64,000 nucleotides of DNA from Phoronis australis (taxonomy: Eukaryota; Animalia; Phoronida), in NCBI GenBank assembly GCA_002633005.1, contig NMRA01000220.1, positions 272,349-336,348 on the forward strand, given 5' to 3'. Position 1 is the stretch's first letter. Every line of letters begins with the position of its first letter. The notes beneath the pieces were generated by a model. The model was not told where the DNA came from. It did no database searches and worked only from the letters and a program-made list of their open reading frames with translations. Positions 60,301-64,000 of the stretch are shown one piece after another. The position numbers were made by a program, and so were the translations under genes.

Positions 60301-61522
60301 TTGGTTCAATTATATTTCTCTCGTGATCACAAATGATATTTGCGCCATCACATTGCGCTTTGCGCCATCACGTTGTTCATCAGTCAGTCTGCTTGCAATG
60401 AACACCACCAGCTTGAGCTGAAATTACGTAGGCCTACGTTCCTACTACAGCACTCGAAATTTGCTCGCTCAAGAACAGAAAATTGAATTTCACGTGACTT
60501 AGCTCGACACTCGACAACAAAATGTCCGGTCACACCGCCCTAAATTGTGAAAGTTTACTAGAAGCGTTTGTGCCTGACCCTATTGGACGATATTCGAGTC
60601 GTCTCAACAAAACTAAGGTGTCGGTCTCGGGGGGCCTGTTGTAAAATCACAATTCCGCCAAATTTTACGTTTTAAAAGTTCTATGTGATTGAATTGAATG
60701 TACATGTAAGTATACAGGTTTGTTACGTAGATAGATGATGAGGCCCTCACGTACCGCTCGGCCGTATGAAAACGTGTGTATACATGTACAACAATCAACA
60801 CATGCATGTACATGTAGGAATATGCACAGATAATCCGACAAATTGCTCCTCAGTGAGTTCATAAATATGTTTTACAATACACTTGCACTGGATTCATCAT
60901 GCCTTGAGCCCGACTGTGAGTGTTTCGCGTAGTCATAAGAGACGGGTTTTACGTGAAACTACACGTAAGGTACCGACATTAGGCTTTTCGATAGTCAATT
61001 GAAACATCAAGTATTCACTAACCGACCGACTATCATACATCAAGTATCCACTATCCAACCAACTACCGTTTTAATGAGCTGATCAGTAATAGTGCAACTC
61101 ACAGTCTCCGCAAATTCACGAGGACTCCGCAGGTGAAATGTCTGGGAGCCGAGTGATCGCCGAGAAGAACCTGTTAATAACTTGAAAAAACATAGTTCGC
61201 GTGATGAAATAAACAAGAGGATATATGTACAGTACGGGGTATCATCTACTTCTTATCTCATTATTCATGAACCAGGTAGTCGAGTGAACTTTTCAAAAAT
61301 TAATAAGTCCTCAAAAGCAACAAGTCATCCCTAGCTCTGTTTCGTTTTCTTTTTTGCCTGTACGCTAGCTGTTGGTTCCACATGCAGGCCCGTGGGAAGG
61401 TAAAAATTATTGGGGGAAGGGGGTACACACCAAGTCCTCTTCCCCAACTCACCTCCTTCCTATCGCCACTCCCCCCCCCCCTTGTTCGCTGGATGTCACC
61501 GTATTTTTACTGACCCCCCTCG
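57369..61522. repeat. About 2-kb duplicate (57369-59340 / 59379-61522) flanking an N gap, containing the aldolase last exon and 3' region; probably two haplotypes
   Basis: Both copies start acaacgctagtactggcc and end actgacccccctcg; they abut the 38-N gap and differ by SNPs and several indels. Confidence 0.85.
57792..57818 (+). CDS. ALDO: Aldolase-like terminal coding exon (INGAAVMA*); duplicate at 59790-59816
   Basis: Acceptor ccttctgtgtgtttcag|, phase 0 after KRAK; INGAA aligns with the ANxxA helix of aldolases; TAG at 57816-57818. Confidence 0.7.
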   Translation: MNGAAVMA

Positions 61523-63961
61523 TCCGCCATAGGTGGGTTGAGGGGGGGTAATACTTGAGATACAGCCATAAAAATTTGAGTAACCATGAAAAAAAATTCA
61601 CGGAGAGTAAGAATGGGTCTAGGGCCAGCGTACCGACTGTTAGCTGTGATCCAACAGTGGATTCGATGAATTAGAGTTGGTCGCTGGTCAGCTCAGCTAT
61701 GATTCACTTGAGACAGACAGCTTAGCTCGTGTCTATCCATCTGCGCTAGCTCTAAGATCAAAATTCGTTTTATTAAGTTTCGGGAAAAGTTCATTTTATC
61801 ATAACCTTTCTTTGAAGGAATTTTTTTGGAAAGGTGAGGTCCCGAGGTTCCTGGTATGAGTGCCTTTGTGACCGTTTCAAAGTCCCTTGGTGAAACACAG
61901 CCGGTAGTCCACTTTCTTATGGCTGGGGAAGTGATACAGAGTGTGTCCCGAAAATGTTCACACTTCAACGCCTGGAGTTCAAATTCATCTCCCGTGGATC
62001 ACTGAGGTTCTGCACAGGCTCACTGCATTACACCTTGTTTTTATCGTGGGGGCGTCAGTCATGACGTGCTCCGTGTGTGTAGTATGCACAGGAATGGAAA
62101 GCAAATGATTAAGTTTTGAAGAGAATTCATTGCGAAATTACTTTTGGAAACTAACAACATAGAGGAAGTGCGAACAGAACCTTTCCCAGTTGATGAGTAA
62201 TATGTTTAATTTTATCTACTTAAGTACTTAAACTTCTTCGATCTACGGTTTGTGAAATTAAACCCACTAATCTATTTCCTAAGTCAATAAAGAATTTATT
62301 GTCATTTGAGTTGTGAGAAAATTTTAGGAACCCTTTGTAGAGCTATCCGACATTTGAGACTTCTTTCAGGTAGACAAATTAAATCGTTTAGTGTACTTTT
62401 ATATTTGGGGATCTGATGATAGATCGAATTTTCCCAATGTCTGCTTGCAACTAAGTTCCTTGAAGCTTTATCATTTCTTACAAGACTAGCTTCTACTTGT
62501 AAAAAATCATCTGTCTGTCAGCTCTTTTTCGTAGATACAAAAACGTGTAATTCAGAAATCAACAATCGAGTCCATGAGCAATGCGTTTACCTTAATTCCT
62601 TTTTGATCCCCTGTTAGTGAGTTTAAACGACAAATCCGTACTGAAGTCAAAAAGCAATGCATTTATTATCATTTAAATTGTGGGTGAATTTTTGGGAACT
62701 GTCCAAATTTCATCAATGTCTTTGAGAGTTATTTTAAATAGGCAAGAAGCGCCCAAGTGCACTTTACGATTTGGGGATCTGATTTTTTTCCATATTCAGG
62801 CTTCAACTAAATTCACTGAAACGTCACCATTTCTTAAAATATTACCTTCTAATTACCAAAAATCATCTATTAAGCTGTCGGGTTTCGTAAATACATAACC
62901 ATGTAAATCAGAAACCAACGAATTTGTTGATCAAAACGGAATGTTATGAGCAATTTCCGCAGGCATGCTCGCAGATTTTTGACGGGTAACCGGGGGAACG
63001 TGGGAGATGGAGCATTCATACTACGGTGTATTTTTGCTCATTTCCTAGGTACCTATAGCGGTTCACGAGTTTAACTTGAACTCAAAAAAAAAACGATGAA
63101 AGGTTTGTTTATTTAGCGACCATTTTGAGTACCCTCGTTCGACATGTACACGGTCATCACAAATCGTAGCCCACAGTCTTTTCGACATTTGTCAATTGAT
63201 TACAAACAGTTCCTAGTAATGACCTTAAAAAGAAATACCATTCTTGAGACACTATTGGAAAATATAACATTATTTATAACTAACTATTGGAAGTAGCCTT
63301 TTTGTGTAATTCACAAAAAGTGATCTTCACATTCTTCAAATAATTTTTTGATGGTGGTCAATCCTATTGTATTTTTCACATTTTTGGTTGTTTGCACCTG
63401 ATGTTATGATACTGCTGTGCTGTGCACGGTTGTTCTGTGTTTTTGATGAATTTGGAATGTCAACTTTCCCTCGTGACAACTTGGCTGTGTCAGATTTACA
63501 TATATAGATGGATACCCGAACCTCTCTACCGAGAGAGGGTCCCGTCTGAAATGGGAACCTAAGATGAAAGGGTACACATCATTAAGCTTCAAAAAGAGTG
63601 ACAGTTCATTCCATTGTCGGGTGACCTTGCAAGAAGTGACTTTCCTCAGCATGAACGATTTTCACAAAAAACAGGAAAATAGAGATAATCGATTCCAACA
63701 TTGGGCCTTCTCTTCGTGAACGGCCCCTTAAGAATTTGCCAATCAAAACACGAAAAGGGTGGCCACTTGACTTTCATCAATGGTCCTCTTCAAGATCTAG
63801 GCCCCTAAATATGAAATGAACTATATTTTCAAAAGTTGGGAAATGACCAGCAATATTGATGTTATCTGCCAGGCCATCAATTTGCTCAAGTGATACACAA
63901 TTTAGACAAAGAAAAACAAGAAATAATAGAGCGACAGTTGCCTTTATTATCCGTTGCTATG

Positions 63962-64000
63962 CATAGGCGGATTTAGGGGGGGCGGGCCCCCCCCCCCCCC
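63962..64000. mobile_element. Left end of another cataggcggattt MITE (continues past the window)
   Basis: cataggcggatttagggggggc matches the starts at 1731 and 9203. Confidence 0.6.

Overview
Eukaryotic (animal, probably marine invertebrate) genomic DNA, AT-rich and intron-containing, from a heterozygous draft assembly: three near-identical duplications each straddle an N gap. Three protein-coding loci are supported, all on the + strand. (1) The last three exons (M1-M4) of a cation-type nicotinic acetylcholine receptor subunit, 4964-7180. (2) An uninterrupted 2415-codon ORF (18383-25630) encoding an orphan protein with an N-terminal membrane anchor, a juxtamembrane Cys cluster and a huge disordered tail. 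(3) A five-exon class I fructose-bisphosphate aldolase-like gene (43317-57818) that keeps the Schiff-base machinery but has altered 6-phosphate-site residues and lacks the C-terminal Tyr tail. The rest is densely packed with nested non-autonomous mobile DNA: Kolobok-type TTAA elements with THAP and KolX remnants, an ISL2EU-like AT-TSD element, hAT-like MITEs with 5- and 7-bp TSDs, two hairpin-plus-tail elements, a Helentron-type element with a multiplied end, and a 5'-truncated RNase H LINE. The most striking unexplained signal is the octamer TACATGTA. It occurs about 30 times, and comparing duplicated copies shows it arising by insertion of CATGTA after a TA. All analysis was by eye; no searches were run.
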